NCBI GenBank assembly: GCA_002403855.1 | Contig: DHIO01000022.1 | Span: forward strand, 38-64,037 | Length of the DNA: 64,000 nt | DNA from: Acidimicrobiia bacterium UBA4744 | GTDB lineage: Bacteria; Actinomycetota; Acidimicrobiia; Spongiisociales; UBA4744 | Reading direction: 5' to 3' | Shown: in pieces, positions 50,836 through 60,376 of the stretch | How the letters are laid out: the number at the start of each line of letters is the position of its first letter | Numbering within the stretch: position 1 is the first letter of the stretch | The notes under the pieces: model-generated | Told to the model about the DNA's origin: nothing | The model's input: only the letters and a program-made list of their open reading frames with translations | The model's database searches: none | Made by a program: the position numbers and the translations under genes

Positions 50836-51360
50836 ATGAGGGCGCTCGTTGTGTTCCTGGCGCTTTCGCTGTTGCCGGCCGCGCTAGCCGCCCCGGTCGA
50901 TCCCGGTCAGGGCTTCGCCCCGGTCGAAGACGCGATGGAAGCGCACAGGGTGCTTGGTGTGAGTGTCGCGATTGTCGACGACTTCGAAGTCGTGAACGCC
51001 CGCGGTTCCGGATTCGCCGAGCCGGGTCGTCCCATAAAGACCGACACCCTGTTCCAGGCCGCTTCCCTCAGCAAGCCGATGTCGGCGGTCGTGGCTGCCG
51101 CAGCAGCGCAGGAAGGTCTGGTCGATCTCGACGCCGACGTGGCCGGGATGCTATCGAGTTGGCGGCTTCCTCCGATGCCCTGTGCCGGGCCGATCACGCT
51201 GCGCATGCTGTTCGCCCACCGGGCGGGAACCAACGTCGGCGGCTTCCCCGGGTACCGTCTCGATGAGCAGTTACCGGGTCTCCCCCGGATTCTCAACGGG
51301 GTCCGTGGGCATGGTCAACGCGGGACCGGCCCGCACCTACGCAAGGAGAGACCTCGATAG
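50836..51360 (+). pseudogene. Truncated serine hydrolase (class C beta-lactamase family)
   Basis: Signal peptide, FQAASLSK (SxxK), ITLRMLFAHRAG..GFPGY; ends before the YxN and HxG motifs. Confidence 0.8.
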
Positions 51361-51371
51361 CGCTACCGTTG

Positions 51372-52106
51372 TCAGTCGGGGATGTCGACCGTTCCCGACA
51401 CGTTGCTATGCCTGATGTCGCCGCTGCCGTCATCGCGGACTACGAAATCACCCCCGACGTCGCTGACCCTGATACCTCCAGAGCCGTCAGATCCGATCCG
51501 GACGTCACCACCCACGTCGGCGACCGAAATATCCCCCGAACCGTCTACTTCGATCTCCACCGTTCCGGCGACATCTCGCAGGTCAAGACCACCCGAACCA
51601 TCGTCGACCACTACCACATCCCCTCTGACGCCCGCCACATCGACTTCACCGGATCCATCGGTGATCCGAACCCCGGCCACGTCACGGATGTCGACACTGC
51701 CGCTGCCATCGTCGATCTCCACTAACACGGAATCGGGGACCGTGACCCTCACGTCGAACTGGCTGTTGCCGTCGGGGGTTCTTGCCTCGATCACGATCTC
51801 GGAACCGCTGGTAGTCACTTCGAATTGAATCTCCGCCAGGTCGCCGGCATTCGACGCACAGGCGGTGCCCTCAGCGTCAATTCCGGTCGCGTCGGGTTGG
51901 CCTTTCACGTCCAGGCTGCCCGCCTCGGCAACGATCCGCACGGTGCTGATTCCTTCCGCAGCAGCAGTGGCGGAACGTCCCGCAGTCTCGTCACAGGGCA
52001 GAACATCACAACCCACCAACAGCACCGACATCATGACAAGGGCAGCGACCGGGACCCACGCCGGTTTGCCGCGCGGCCCGAGGTCTACCCGATTCTGGGA
52101 CAGCAC
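51372..52106 (-). CDS. DUF4097-like beta-strand-repeat lipoprotein
   Basis: LVGC lipobox; many DGSG repeats; GGAGG RBS before GTG 52106. Confidence 0.85.
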   Translation of the reverse strand: MLSQNRVDLGPRGKPAWVPVAALVMMSVLLVGCDVLPCDETAGRSATAAAEGISTVRIVAEAGSLDVKGQPDATGIDAEGTACASNAGDLAEIQFEVTTSGSEIVIEARTPDGNSQFDVRVTVPDSVLVEIDDGSGSVDIRDVAGVRITDGSGEVDVAGVRGDVVVVDDGSGGLDLRDVAGTVEIEVDGSGDISVADVGGDVRIGSDGSGGIRVSDVGGDFVVRDDGSGDIRHSNVSGTVDIPD

Positions 52107-52362
52107 TTTCCCCTCCTTCCCTCTGCTCCTAGAAACCGTACGATCCCGATCCGGGCGGTGGTAGGGCACCAAGTCATCAAAGACGGCACCTTTGGGTCCC
52201 CTGTGGCTTCGTCCCGATCCGCGTCATCAGACTGCGTTCCGCAATGCACGCGAGCCGTCCGAGCACTCCAAGCCCCGCCCTACATGGGGACGGCCGTCGA
52301 CAGGTGTTCGCAAAGGCCGGTTGGTACTCGCATGGACCGCACCCTACCGGCAGACTAGGTCC

Positions 52363-52896
52363 ATGGCGGTAGCCGCCCTCTTCACCACGGCCGATGCAAC
52401 CCCGGATTGCCTGGGCCAAATCCGGAACCTCTTCTTCACCGCCTTCGACGAGACGTTCACGGAAGAGGATTGGGAGCACACCCTTGGTGGCTGGCATGTT
52501 GTAGTCAAAGAGGGCGGAGCGGTTATCGCTCACGCAGCCGTTGTTCCGCGGGTGCTCGAGGTGGCGGGGTGCCCCTTCTACACGGGGTACGTCGAGGGGG
52601 TCGCCACTCATCCCGACAGACAGCGTCAAGGGCTCGGCTCCCAGACGATGGGGGAAGTTTCCCGACTGCTCCGAAGCGAGTTCGAGATGGGTGCCTTGTC
52701 CACCCGTGTCCAGGGTTTCTATGAACGCCTTGGTTGGAAGCGATGGCAGGGACCCACCTATGTTCGGCAGGGTTCGAGACTGGTCCGTACCGTGAAAGAG
52801 GACGCCGGCGTCATGGTCTTGCCGTTCGGGCCCAGCAAGGAGATCGATCTGTCAGCGTCGATCTCTTGTCAGAGTCGATTGGGCGACGACTGGTAA
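52363..52896 (+). CDS. aac(2')-I: Aminoglycoside 2'-N-acetyltransferase AAC(2')-I-like GNAT
   Basis: DWEHTLGG, IAHAAVV, GYVEGVA, WQGPT, GDDW C-terminus. Confidence 0.8.
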   Translation: MAVAALFTTADATPDCLGQIRNLFFTAFDETFTEEDWEHTLGGWHVVVKEGGAVIAHAAVVPRVLEVAGCPFYTGYVEGVATHPDRQRQGLGSQTMGEVSRLLRSEFEMGALSTRVQGFYERLGWKRWQGPTYVRQGSRLVRTVKEDAGVMVLPFGPSKEIDLSASISCQSRLGDDW

Positions 52897-52955
52897 GCAG
52901 ATTGGGAACTCGACGTCGACGCGACCGTCCGGGCCACTTCGGGGACCATGGGTCG

Positions 52956-53678
52956 CTAGGACTCGACTTCCCCCCGCATCAGCGGCGGGGCCATGACGCG
53001 ACCGATGCCGGCGCGATACACCGCTCCGGGTGCGCCGCCCTCCTTCCCCGTGCGGCGCTCGCCGGTCGGTACCACAAAGCCCTTGGTAGCCAGCACCTTT
53101 CGACGGAAGTTGGCCCGGTCGAGCTTCTGGTCCCACACCGCCTCGTAGACGTGCTGAAGCTCTCCGAGGGTGAAGTCCGGGCCGGCCAGGGTGGTGGCGA
53201 GAGTGGTGTACTCCAGCTTCGCCCGCGCTCGTCCGACGGCGGCGTCGAGAACCTCGTGGTGGTCGAACGCCAAGGGCGCGGCCGCTGCCTCGTCGACGCC
53301 GACCCAGTAAGCGGCAGCGGCATCGGTCCCTCCGCTGGGTTCCGCCTGCACGGGCGAGAGGGCAAGGTAGGCGACCGAAACCACCCGCATGCGGGGGTCA
53401 CGGTCGACTGCGCCAAAGGTACCGAGCTGTTCGAGGTGCACGCCGGCGAGCTTGCGGCTCGTCAAGCCGGTCTCTTCGAGCAGTTCGCGCTCGGCGGCGG
53501 CGTCGATCGACTCGTCCGGCAGCACGAACCCGCCGGGTAGCGCCCACCATCCGGCAAACGGGTCGCGGCCACGCTCGATCACGAGCACCTCCAGGCGACT
53601 GGTGACGGTCAACACGACGATGTCGACTGTGACGGCGAACGGAGGGAACGAGCGCGGGTCGTAGTTGGACGATGTCAT
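52956..53678 (-). CDS. nrtR: NrtR-family NUDIX-wHTH transcriptional regulator
   Basis: WALPGGF, RELLEETG, EQLGTF..RDPRMRVVSVAY, LAFDH, FTLGELQHVYE, NFRRK. Confidence 0.88.
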   Translation of the reverse strand: MTSSNYDPRSFPPFAVTVDIVVLTVTSRLEVLVIERGRDPFAGWWALPGGFVLPDESIDAAAERELLEETGLTSRKLAGVHLEQLGTFGAVDRDPRMRVVSVAYLALSPVQAEPSGGTDAAAAYWVGVDEAAAAPLAFDHHEVLDAAVGRARAKLEYTTLATTLAGPDFTLGELQHVYEAVWDQKLDRANFRRKVLATKGFVVPTGERRTGKEGGAPGAVYRAGIGRVMAPPLMRGEVES

Positions 53679-54397
53679 GTCGTTCCCACCTCAGCGGCGG
53701 CCACCCAGCGCCGCAAGCCCACCAAGGCCATCACGAGGAACAGAACGTACAGGGCGGCAAACATGTAGGCCCCGGTCACGAGGTAGAGGACGATGGCCGA
53801 CACGTTGACCGGGAGGATCCACAGCCACCACGACTCGACCTTTTTCCTCGACAGCAACACCATCGCCACCACCGACGCAGCCACGATCGACGCATCCCAG
53901 TACGTGTAGAGAGCTTGATCCCAGCCGGCGTCGAGTAGCGATCCGAAGGCGACCGCAAAAAGTGCTCCGACGGCGACGACGAGAAGGCGGTCGGGATGAG
54001 TGAGCCGTGTCACCCGCAGCTCGGAGTGGTTCTCTCCACCCCGGGTCCATTGGGCCCATGCCCAGAACTGTACCGGCAGGTAGTAGCCCCAGTGCAGCCA
54101 GGTCTGGCCGATCAGGCCGATATCCTGGAAGAACCATCCCATCAGCACCACCGAGAGGATGCCGACCGGCAGCGCCAGCACATTCCGGCGTTGAGTGATC
54201 CAAACAGACCACAGCGAGGTGACGGTGCCGGTGAACTCGACCCAACTGGGTGCGATTCCGGGTGCGAAGCGGCGAGTGGCAAGCCAGTAGACGGCGCCGG
54301 CGGCCAACGAACCCAACGCCGCGATTGCCGCGTGCCGATGCTCCCAAGGACGCCCGAACCAGGGTGCAGCAGCAGCCGCTTCGGTCGCGATGGCCAT
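53675..54397 (-). CDS. pnuC: PnuC nicotinamide riboside transporter
   Basis: YWDASI, LLSRKKVESWWLWI; nadR/nrtR context. Confidence 0.88.
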   Translation of the reverse strand: MAIATEAAAAAPWFGRPWEHRHAAIAALGSLAAGAVYWLATRRFAPGIAPSWVEFTGTVTSLWSVWITQRRNVLALPVGILSVVLMGWFFQDIGLIGQTWLHWGYYLPVQFWAWAQWTRGGENHSELRVTRLTHPDRLLVVAVGALFAVAFGSLLDAGWDQALYTYWDASIVAASVVAMVLLSRKKVESWWLWILPVNVSAIVLYLVTGAYMFAALYVLFLVMALVGLRRWVAAAEVGTT

Positions 54398-54410
54398 GGT
54401 TCGTCTCCTT

Positions 54411-54936
54411 TCAGGTCAGTGTGGGGAAGACCGTGAGCGGCCGCACCAACTCGAGAGCCCGATCGAGGCGCTGCTCGGGTGGGCCGGTCAGCACTGCAAC
54501 TTCGGCTCCCGAGGCTCGAGCGCGCCCGGCCATCGCTTGGTGCATCCAGTGCCGCTGGTGGTCGGATTCCCGGGTTCCGTCCTGCACCCAGTCGAAGTCG
54601 GGGGGAGCAGAGGAGGTATAGGTCGGGCCGTGCTTCCTCAGCGAGCGCGTCGAGATTCTGGTCGCTAGTGAGAGATTCGCTCGAGCCGCGGGGACGAGCC
54701 AGTGGAAGTTGGCGCCGAGATCGTCTCGGAGCATGGTGGCCGAGATTGGGAAACGGGTCCGATCCGGATCGACGAGCACGTGGGTGGCGTCCATCATCCT
54801 GGCCCAGCCATCTCCCCATTGCTCCGACGGCGACCGTAGCCCGGTGGATATGACGCAGTTAGTCTTGCCGGCGACGAATTCGAGCCGGAACCCATGGACG
54901 GTGAGCTCGCCCGGATACCCGGCAGACCCCATTCAT
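54411..54936 (-). pseudogene. nadR: NadR-like NMN adenylyltransferase/NR kinase, internally deleted and frameshifted
   Basis: HVLVDPDRTRFPISATMLR and PDLYLL / DFDWVQDGTRE..GPPEQRL are retained; HxGH and P-loop are absent. Confidence 0.75.
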
Positions 54937-55014
54937 GGATCCCTCCTCGAGCCTATGGATCTGGATGCCCGTGAGCAAGCACCCACCGATGTCTCTCGAC
55001 AATCAACCTGAGCC

Positions 55015-56184
55015 ATGACCGGGAAACCGCGCCGAGTCGACCAGCTGATCCTCCACTTGGCGGTCGCCGCCAACGCGGTTGGGTTGGGTGTGATCCTCGC
55101 TCTCCTCGCCGACCTGCAGGACGCCTACGCCCTGCCCACGGCCGGTCTCGGTTTGATCGCCGGTTCGAGTTTCGTTGCCGCCTTCTTCGCCTACGTGTGG
55201 TTGTCCCGCTACGCCGACCGGGGCCATGCAAAGGCAATGCTGATTGCCGGCACGTTGCTGGGTGCAGCCGCCCTGATCCTGGCCGCCTATGCGAGGGAAC
55301 TGTGGACCTTCGTTGCCGCCCGGGCGATCCTCGGCCTGGCCGAGGGAGCCTTCGTCCCGGCGGCCAGGCGGGTCGTCCTGGACTGGACCCCGAACAAGCC
55401 GGGTGAAGTTCTGGGACGCATCCTGGCCGCTTCGGTGGCGGGTTTTGCCCTGGGCCCGGTGATCGGTGTCTTGCTCGCCGAGCAATTCGGACTGCAGGTC
55501 CCATTCCTGGCACCGGCGGCCGTCCTGCTGCTGGCCGTCCCGGTGGTCTTCCGGCTGAGAGCGCCCGCCCCCGTCCCCATCAGCGAGGAGAAGCCCACCC
55601 TCAGCCTGCTCCGGAACCGCCTGGTTCTCGCCGGGCTGGCGTTCGGAGCAATCGACTTCGCAACGATCGGTACCGTCGATGCCTTGTGGGCGCGGCTCCT
55701 GACCGACCGCGGCGCTTCCACTGTCTTCGTCGGCGCGAGTTTCACCCTCATGGCCATACCGATGATTGGGCTGGCGCCGGTGTTCGGCCGTTTGGCCGAC
55801 CGCCTGACGCCCACCCGGGTCGGACGGCTGGCCATGTTGCTCGTAGTTCCCGCGCTGTTGGGCTACGGCTGGCTGGAGGCCCCCGTCCTTTTGGCAATCA
55901 CGGGGATTGTGCACGCGGTCGGCATTGCTGCGTTGGCTCCGGCCGGGGCCGCTTTGGTCGCGGCCGGCAGTCCCTTGGACATGGTGGCGCGTGGTCAAGG
56001 TCTGCTGGAGGCGGTCGGTTTCCTGGCCGCTGCGGCCGCCTCGTTTCCGTCCGGGTGGGCGTACGAGACCATCGGGCGGACCACATGGTTCGCCGGAATG
56101 GCGGCCCTCGTTGTTGGCTTGTTCGCCGTCGGGTTGTCGCTAGGGAGTCCGCGAGTGGAAACCGGCGGAAGCCTCCGGGAGTGA
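55015..56184 (+). CDS. MFS transporter
   Basis: About 12 TMs; SRYADRG, ARAILGLAEG, GPVIG, GRLADR. Confidence 0.9.
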   Translation: MTGKPRRVDQLILHLAVAANAVGLGVILALLADLQDAYALPTAGLGLIAGSSFVAAFFAYVWLSRYADRGHAKAMLIAGTLLGAAALILAAYARELWTFVAARAILGLAEGAFVPAARRVVLDWTPNKPGEVLGRILAASVAGFALGPVIGVLLAEQFGLQVPFLAPAAVLLLAVPVVFRLRAPAPVPISEEKPTLSLLRNRLVLAGLAFGAIDFATIGTVDALWARLLTDRGASTVFVGASFTLMAIPMIGLAPVFGRLADRLTPTRVGRLAMLLVVPALLGYGWLEAPVLLAITGIVHAVGIAALAPAGAALVAAGSPLDMVARGQGLLEAVGFLAAAAASFPSGWAYETIGRTTWFAGMAALVVGLFAVGLSLGSPRVETGGSLRE

Positions 56185-56225
56185 ACGTAACGGGACGCGA
56201 GCCGGCGACGACTGCCCGACTTCGT

Positions 56226-57098
56226 TCAGAGATTGCCGCCCGAGAAGCCGCCTCCCCCAAGACCCCGTCGCTGCCGGGCTACAAAAGAATTGGCCAGCGC
56301 ATTGGCCGGGAAGTAGTCGCCGGGCACTTGGCCACTCACCGCGAAGTGGTACAGCGCCGCCTGGAAGATCCCGCTCAGTGACGTAACAACGACCACGGCC
56401 ATGGCGATCCACAGCACCCCAATCACAATCGCAACGCCCACGGCCGCTCCGCCGGCCGCAACCCCCAGTGCGATGATCGCAAACGCCGGCAGGGAGACTA
56501 CGAAGCCCAGCAGCCCGAAACCGACCCGAGCGGCCAGGTTCTCGCCCCAGGTCTTCTTGAACAGCGATCCTGAGCGTTTGACGGCGTCGAGAACTCCAAT
56601 GTCCTCTAGGACGAGGATCGGGACCACCAAGAAGGTGACCACCGACCACGCTACCCCGGCCAGGCCGACGACGATCCGGCCCAGGGCCCCGGCTCGCTCT
56701 TCGATTGCTCGCAGGATCATGGACACGGTAGCCGTGACGATTGCCCACGGCAGGATCCGGCCGGCCCGGCGGCCGGCTCCGCGGAGTGCGCTCCCCAGGG
56801 TCGGGTCGCCGCCCGTCAGCCGCTCGTCGGCGGCGTGCACGAGGGCGGCGTTGAAGAAGATCGTCACGAACGAAAGGGTGACGTACATCACACCGAAAAG
56901 GACGTAGTCGACTGGGCCCAGCTCTTCCCCCTCAAAACCGCCGACGGCGAGAATCGGCGCCAGGAAGCCGGCCACCACGATCACCGTCGCCATGGTGGAC
57001 ATGACCGGCAGAAGCAGCAGTTCTCTGTCGGCCTTGAGGACCCTCCACGATGCCTTCGCAAGTTCGATGGTGTTTCGGAACACGAAGACCTCCTCCAA
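56226..57098 (-). CDS. DUF6159-family membrane protein
   Basis: KASWRVLKADRELL, FFNAAL, FKKTWGE. Confidence 0.85.
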   Translation of the reverse strand: MEEVFVFRNTIELAKASWRVLKADRELLLLPVMSTMATVIVVAGFLAPILAVGGFEGEELGPVDYVLFGVMYVTLSFVTIFFNAALVHAADERLTGGDPTLGSALRGAGRRAGRILPWAIVTATVSMILRAIEERAGALGRIVVGLAGVAWSVVTFLVVPILVLEDIGVLDAVKRSGSLFKKTWGENLAARVGFGLLGFVVSLPAFAIIALGVAAGGAAVGVAIVIGVLWIAMAVVVVTSLSGIFQAALYHFAVSGQVPGDYFPANALANSFVARQRRGLGGGGFSGGNL

Positions 57099-57234
57099 CG
57101 CGTCGTTGTTTCCGACCGATCATGCCACAACGCCCTGCGACACGCAGCAGACCTCCGGCGATTCTCGTCCCAGCTCGAGGGCTTCCGGTTACGTGGCAAA
57201 GGCCCGGTTCTGGACGTCGGCCGGCCTGGACGGG

Positions 57235-57960
57235 TCATTTTCCCGAGGCGAACAGCAGGGCCGTTGCTCGAAAGGCCGCAACCAGGAAGAACCCAAAAGA
57301 GATCGTGACCACAGGAATGAACCACGCTCGTGTCCGTGCGGGATCAGGGAGGGTGTACTTCCAGGAGGGGTGTAAGGGCTCGGCCACCAATCCGGGAGGG
57401 TCGGGCTGGTCGATGAGACTTCGATCGGGTTGGCAGGTCACATAGTTGCTGCGCTTCACCACTCCACCCACCCTATGGCCGGATCGCCAGGTCATGCCGT
57501 AGCAGTCACCGTCAAAGACCCCGGTGAGTCCCAGCTTGAGACGGCCACCATGCTCGAAGGAGCTGCCTTCGATACCATCGAACATCTGGTCGACGCCGTC
57601 GATGTCGACCTGACCCGTCTCGACTGCCAGCCGGGCTTCGTCGAACCGATCGGCCACGGCACGGGCGGGTGGATACTCGGGGTTCGGCTCGGTCCGCCCC
57701 ATCGCTGCTGCCGCTAGAACCGCCAGGGAGACTCCAGCAACCACCAGGTATGCGACAAGCCGGCGTCGCAGGCCATGTCGTCGATGCAAGCCTCTTGCCG
57801 CTTGTTCGGCGGCGGTCCTGGTCGGGTAGAAGCCGACAGCCCGGCCGCCGGCGATGAGCTGCCAACGACCCGGCGCGTCCAATCGGATGGTGTACGCCCC
57901 GGCGCTCTCACCTTCGTCGTCCTCCTGCCAGACAAGCAGGGGCGTCGGCTGGCGACTCAT
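57235..57960 (-). CDS. Hypothetical 2-TM membrane protein
   Basis: Two hydrophobic segments flanking an extracytoplasmic domain with two Cys. Confidence 0.6.
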   Translation of the reverse strand: MSRQPTPLLVWQEDDEGESAGAYTIRLDAPGRWQLIAGGRAVGFYPTRTAAEQAARGLHRRHGLRRRLVAYLVVAGVSLAVLAAAAMGRTEPNPEYPPARAVADRFDEARLAVETGQVDIDGVDQMFDGIEGSSFEHGGRLKLGLTGVFDGDCYGMTWRSGHRVGGVVKRSNYVTCQPDRSLIDQPDPPGLVAEPLHPSWKYTLPDPARTRAWFIPVVTISFGFFLVAAFRATALLFASGK

Positions 57961-58220
57961 TCGACCTCGATAGCGGGTCTCCTTCAACGATACCGCCCCA
58001 TGAGCTCCTGCCATCGAAGCCCAACGGCGTTCAGGCCACCGAGGCCGGAGCACCCGCCAACTGCAGCCAAGCAGCGTCCCGTGCGGTTGACGAGGGTCTG
58101 AGCCCTGGCCGGCGAATCTGATCGTTCGAGATCAGGGTGATCGGCTCGGAGGCAGACGCACGGGTGGCTCTTCCTGGACCACCCCAAGGCGCCGCCCGCT
58201 ACTCGCGTATCGTTGGCGAG

Positions 58221-58829
58221 ATGACACGAACCGCCGACCTCGAGAATCCCCCTTCACCCAACGGTAAAGAAGTGTTGACCCCATCCAGCCGTGCCGATTG
58301 GCGCAGTTGGCTTGCTTCGAACCCCGACCGGCAAGAAGGTCTGTGGATCGTCTACCGCAAGAAGTCGAGCAGCCTCGCTGGTCCGGCATACGACGACCTG
58401 GTCGAAGAAGCACTGTGCTTCGGGTGGATCGACAGTCAATCCCGGCGGGTCGACGACGACCGCATGATGCAATGGTTCTCCCCCCGCCGAAAGGGCGGGT
58501 TGTGGTCGGCGCTCAACAAGGACCGGATCGAGCGGCTGGTACGTGAAGGCCTCATGACCGAGGTCGGCCAGGCGGTGATCGACGCGGCGAAGGCCGACGG
58601 CTCGTGGTCCCAGACCGACGAGGTCGACGCCCTCGTCGTCCCCCCCGACCTGCAAACCGCCCTCGATGCCGCGGCCGAGGCAAAGGTCGCCTATCAAGCT
58701 CTGCCCGACTCGGCCAAGAAGCAGTACCTGTGGTGGATCTACACCGCCAAACGGCCGGCTACCCGGGCCGGCCGAATCGAAGAAACCATCCGCAAGCTCT
58801 CATCGGGGGAAACCCTCGGATCCATATAG
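58221..58829 (+). CDS. YdeI/OmpD-associated family protein
   Basis: VEEALCFGWIDS, FSPRRK..WSALNK, AKRPATRAGRI. Confidence 0.92.
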   Translation: MTRTADLENPPSPNGKEVLTPSSRADWRSWLASNPDRQEGLWIVYRKKSSSLAGPAYDDLVEEALCFGWIDSQSRRVDDDRMMQWFSPRRKGGLWSALNKDRIERLVREGLMTEVGQAVIDAAKADGSWSQTDEVDALVVPPDLQTALDAAAEAKVAYQALPDSAKKQYLWWIYTAKRPATRAGRIEETIRKLSSGETLGSI

Positions 58830-58926
58830 GCCCGCTTGTAATCGACGTTGCCATCGGCTCTACTTGGGGAGACCCCGGACGCCGGTCTTGAGGCGATGGA
58901 CATTGATTGAACCTCGGAGGGTTTTT

Positions 58927-60339
58927 GTGAGCCAGAACGATGCGGGAATAGCGGCCTACATCTCCGAACTGATGGGGCGAGCGCGTAAGGCGCAAAAAGT
59001 AGCGGAAGGGTTCTCACAGGAGAAAGTGGATGAGCTCGCCGCGGCAATCACCTGGGAAATCGCTGCGAATGATGAGCTTCTAAGGGAGATAGCCGAATTC
59101 TCATTCGAGGAATGCCGGTTGGGTGATGTCGCCTCCAAAATCGCCAAGGTCGCCGGCAAATGCCGGGGAATATTCTATGACGTCAAGAACGCCAAGAGCG
59201 TAGGGGTAGTCGAGGAGATCCCTGAACGGGGGCTTGTACGCATTGCGAAGCCCGTTGGTGTCATCGGCTCGCTGGTACCCAGCACGCAGGGAGAATTCCA
59301 TCCGTTGACTCAGGCCATATTCGTGGTGAAAGCCCGGGACGCAGTCATATTCTCACCCCATCCCAGGAGCAAGCTCACAACCCTGAAAGTGACGAACCTC
59401 CTTCGGGCCGTAATGAAGAAGTATGACGCTCCAGAGGATCTGTTCATCACAATCGAGGATCCGTCGATTCCGAAGACCAATGAGCTCATGAGGCAATGTG
59501 ATCTGGTCATTGCCACCGGCGGGCAGCCCATGGTTCGCGCCGCCCACAGCTCAGGAACCCCGGCATTTGGTGTCGGAGCGGGAAACGCCATCATCATCAT
59601 CGACAAGACCGCCGACCTTGCTGATGCGGCAACCAAGATCAAAGCCAGCAAGACATTCGACCTTGCCGCAGGATGCTCCTGTGACAACGCTGTCGTAATT
59701 GATAGGTCGGTATACGCCGAGATGCTGACCGAATTCCGCAAGGTCGGCGCTCATCTGCTCAATGCGGATGAGAAGGAGAAGCTGAAGAAGACAATCTGGC
59801 CTGAATGGCCTGACAACCACATCATCAACAGGCATGTCGTGGCGTCACCAGTGAGCAATATCGCCGAGCTGGCCGGCCTCGATGTCCCCGAGGGAACCTG
59901 CCTGTTGCTGGTAGAAGAGGACAAGACCGGGGAAGCATCTCCCTTCAGCGGTGAGAAGATGAGTCTTGTCACAACTGTCTACAAGAGCAGCAGCATTGAC
60001 GAGGCAATCCGCATCACCAATGAGAACCACGCATACTCAGGTAGTGGACATTCTTGCGGAATCTTCTCTGCGACACCCGAGAACGTGGAGAAGCTGGCTT
60101 TGGAAACCTATACGACTCGTGTGGTCGTCAACCAGCCTCAGGCCGCAACCAATGGCGGCAGCTGGGTCAGCGGAATGCCGTTTACCCACTCTCTGGGCTG
60201 TGGAACGTGGGGCGGCAATGGCATATCGGAGAACGTTGCGCTCAAGCACTACATGAACAACACCTGGGTCATCCGCGAGATCCCCAGCTTCCAACCTACC
60301 GACGAGGAACTGTTTTCCGGCTTCACGCCTCGCGGATGA
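58927..60339 (+). CDS. CoA-acylating aldehyde dehydrogenase (SauS/AdhE-ALDH-like)
   Basis: GGAGG RBS; KPVGVIGSLVPST, SPHP, ATGG, GVGAGN, SKTFD..GCS, GEKMS, SLGCGTWGGN. Confidence 0.9.
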   Translation: MSQNDAGIAAYISELMGRARKAQKVAEGFSQEKVDELAAAITWEIAANDELLREIAEFSFEECRLGDVASKIAKVAGKCRGIFYDVKNAKSVGVVEEIPERGLVRIAKPVGVIGSLVPSTQGEFHPLTQAIFVVKARDAVIFSPHPRSKLTTLKVTNLLRAVMKKYDAPEDLFITIEDPSIPKTNELMRQCDLVIATGGQPMVRAAHSSGTPAFGVGAGNAIIIIDKTADLADAATKIKASKTFDLAAGCSCDNAVVIDRSVYAEMLTEFRKVGAHLLNADEKEKLKKTIWPEWPDNHIINRHVVASPVSNIAELAGLDVPEGTCLLLVEEDKTGEASPFSGEKMSLVTTVYKSSSIDEAIRITNENHAYSGSGHSCGIFSATPENVEKLALETYTTRVVVNQPQAATNGGSWVSGMPFTHSLGCGTWGGNGISENVALKHYMNNTWVIREIPSFQPTDEELFSGFTPRG

Positions 60340-60376
60340 CTCAGACCGGTATCTGGACGCGGACCTTGGACGAAGA

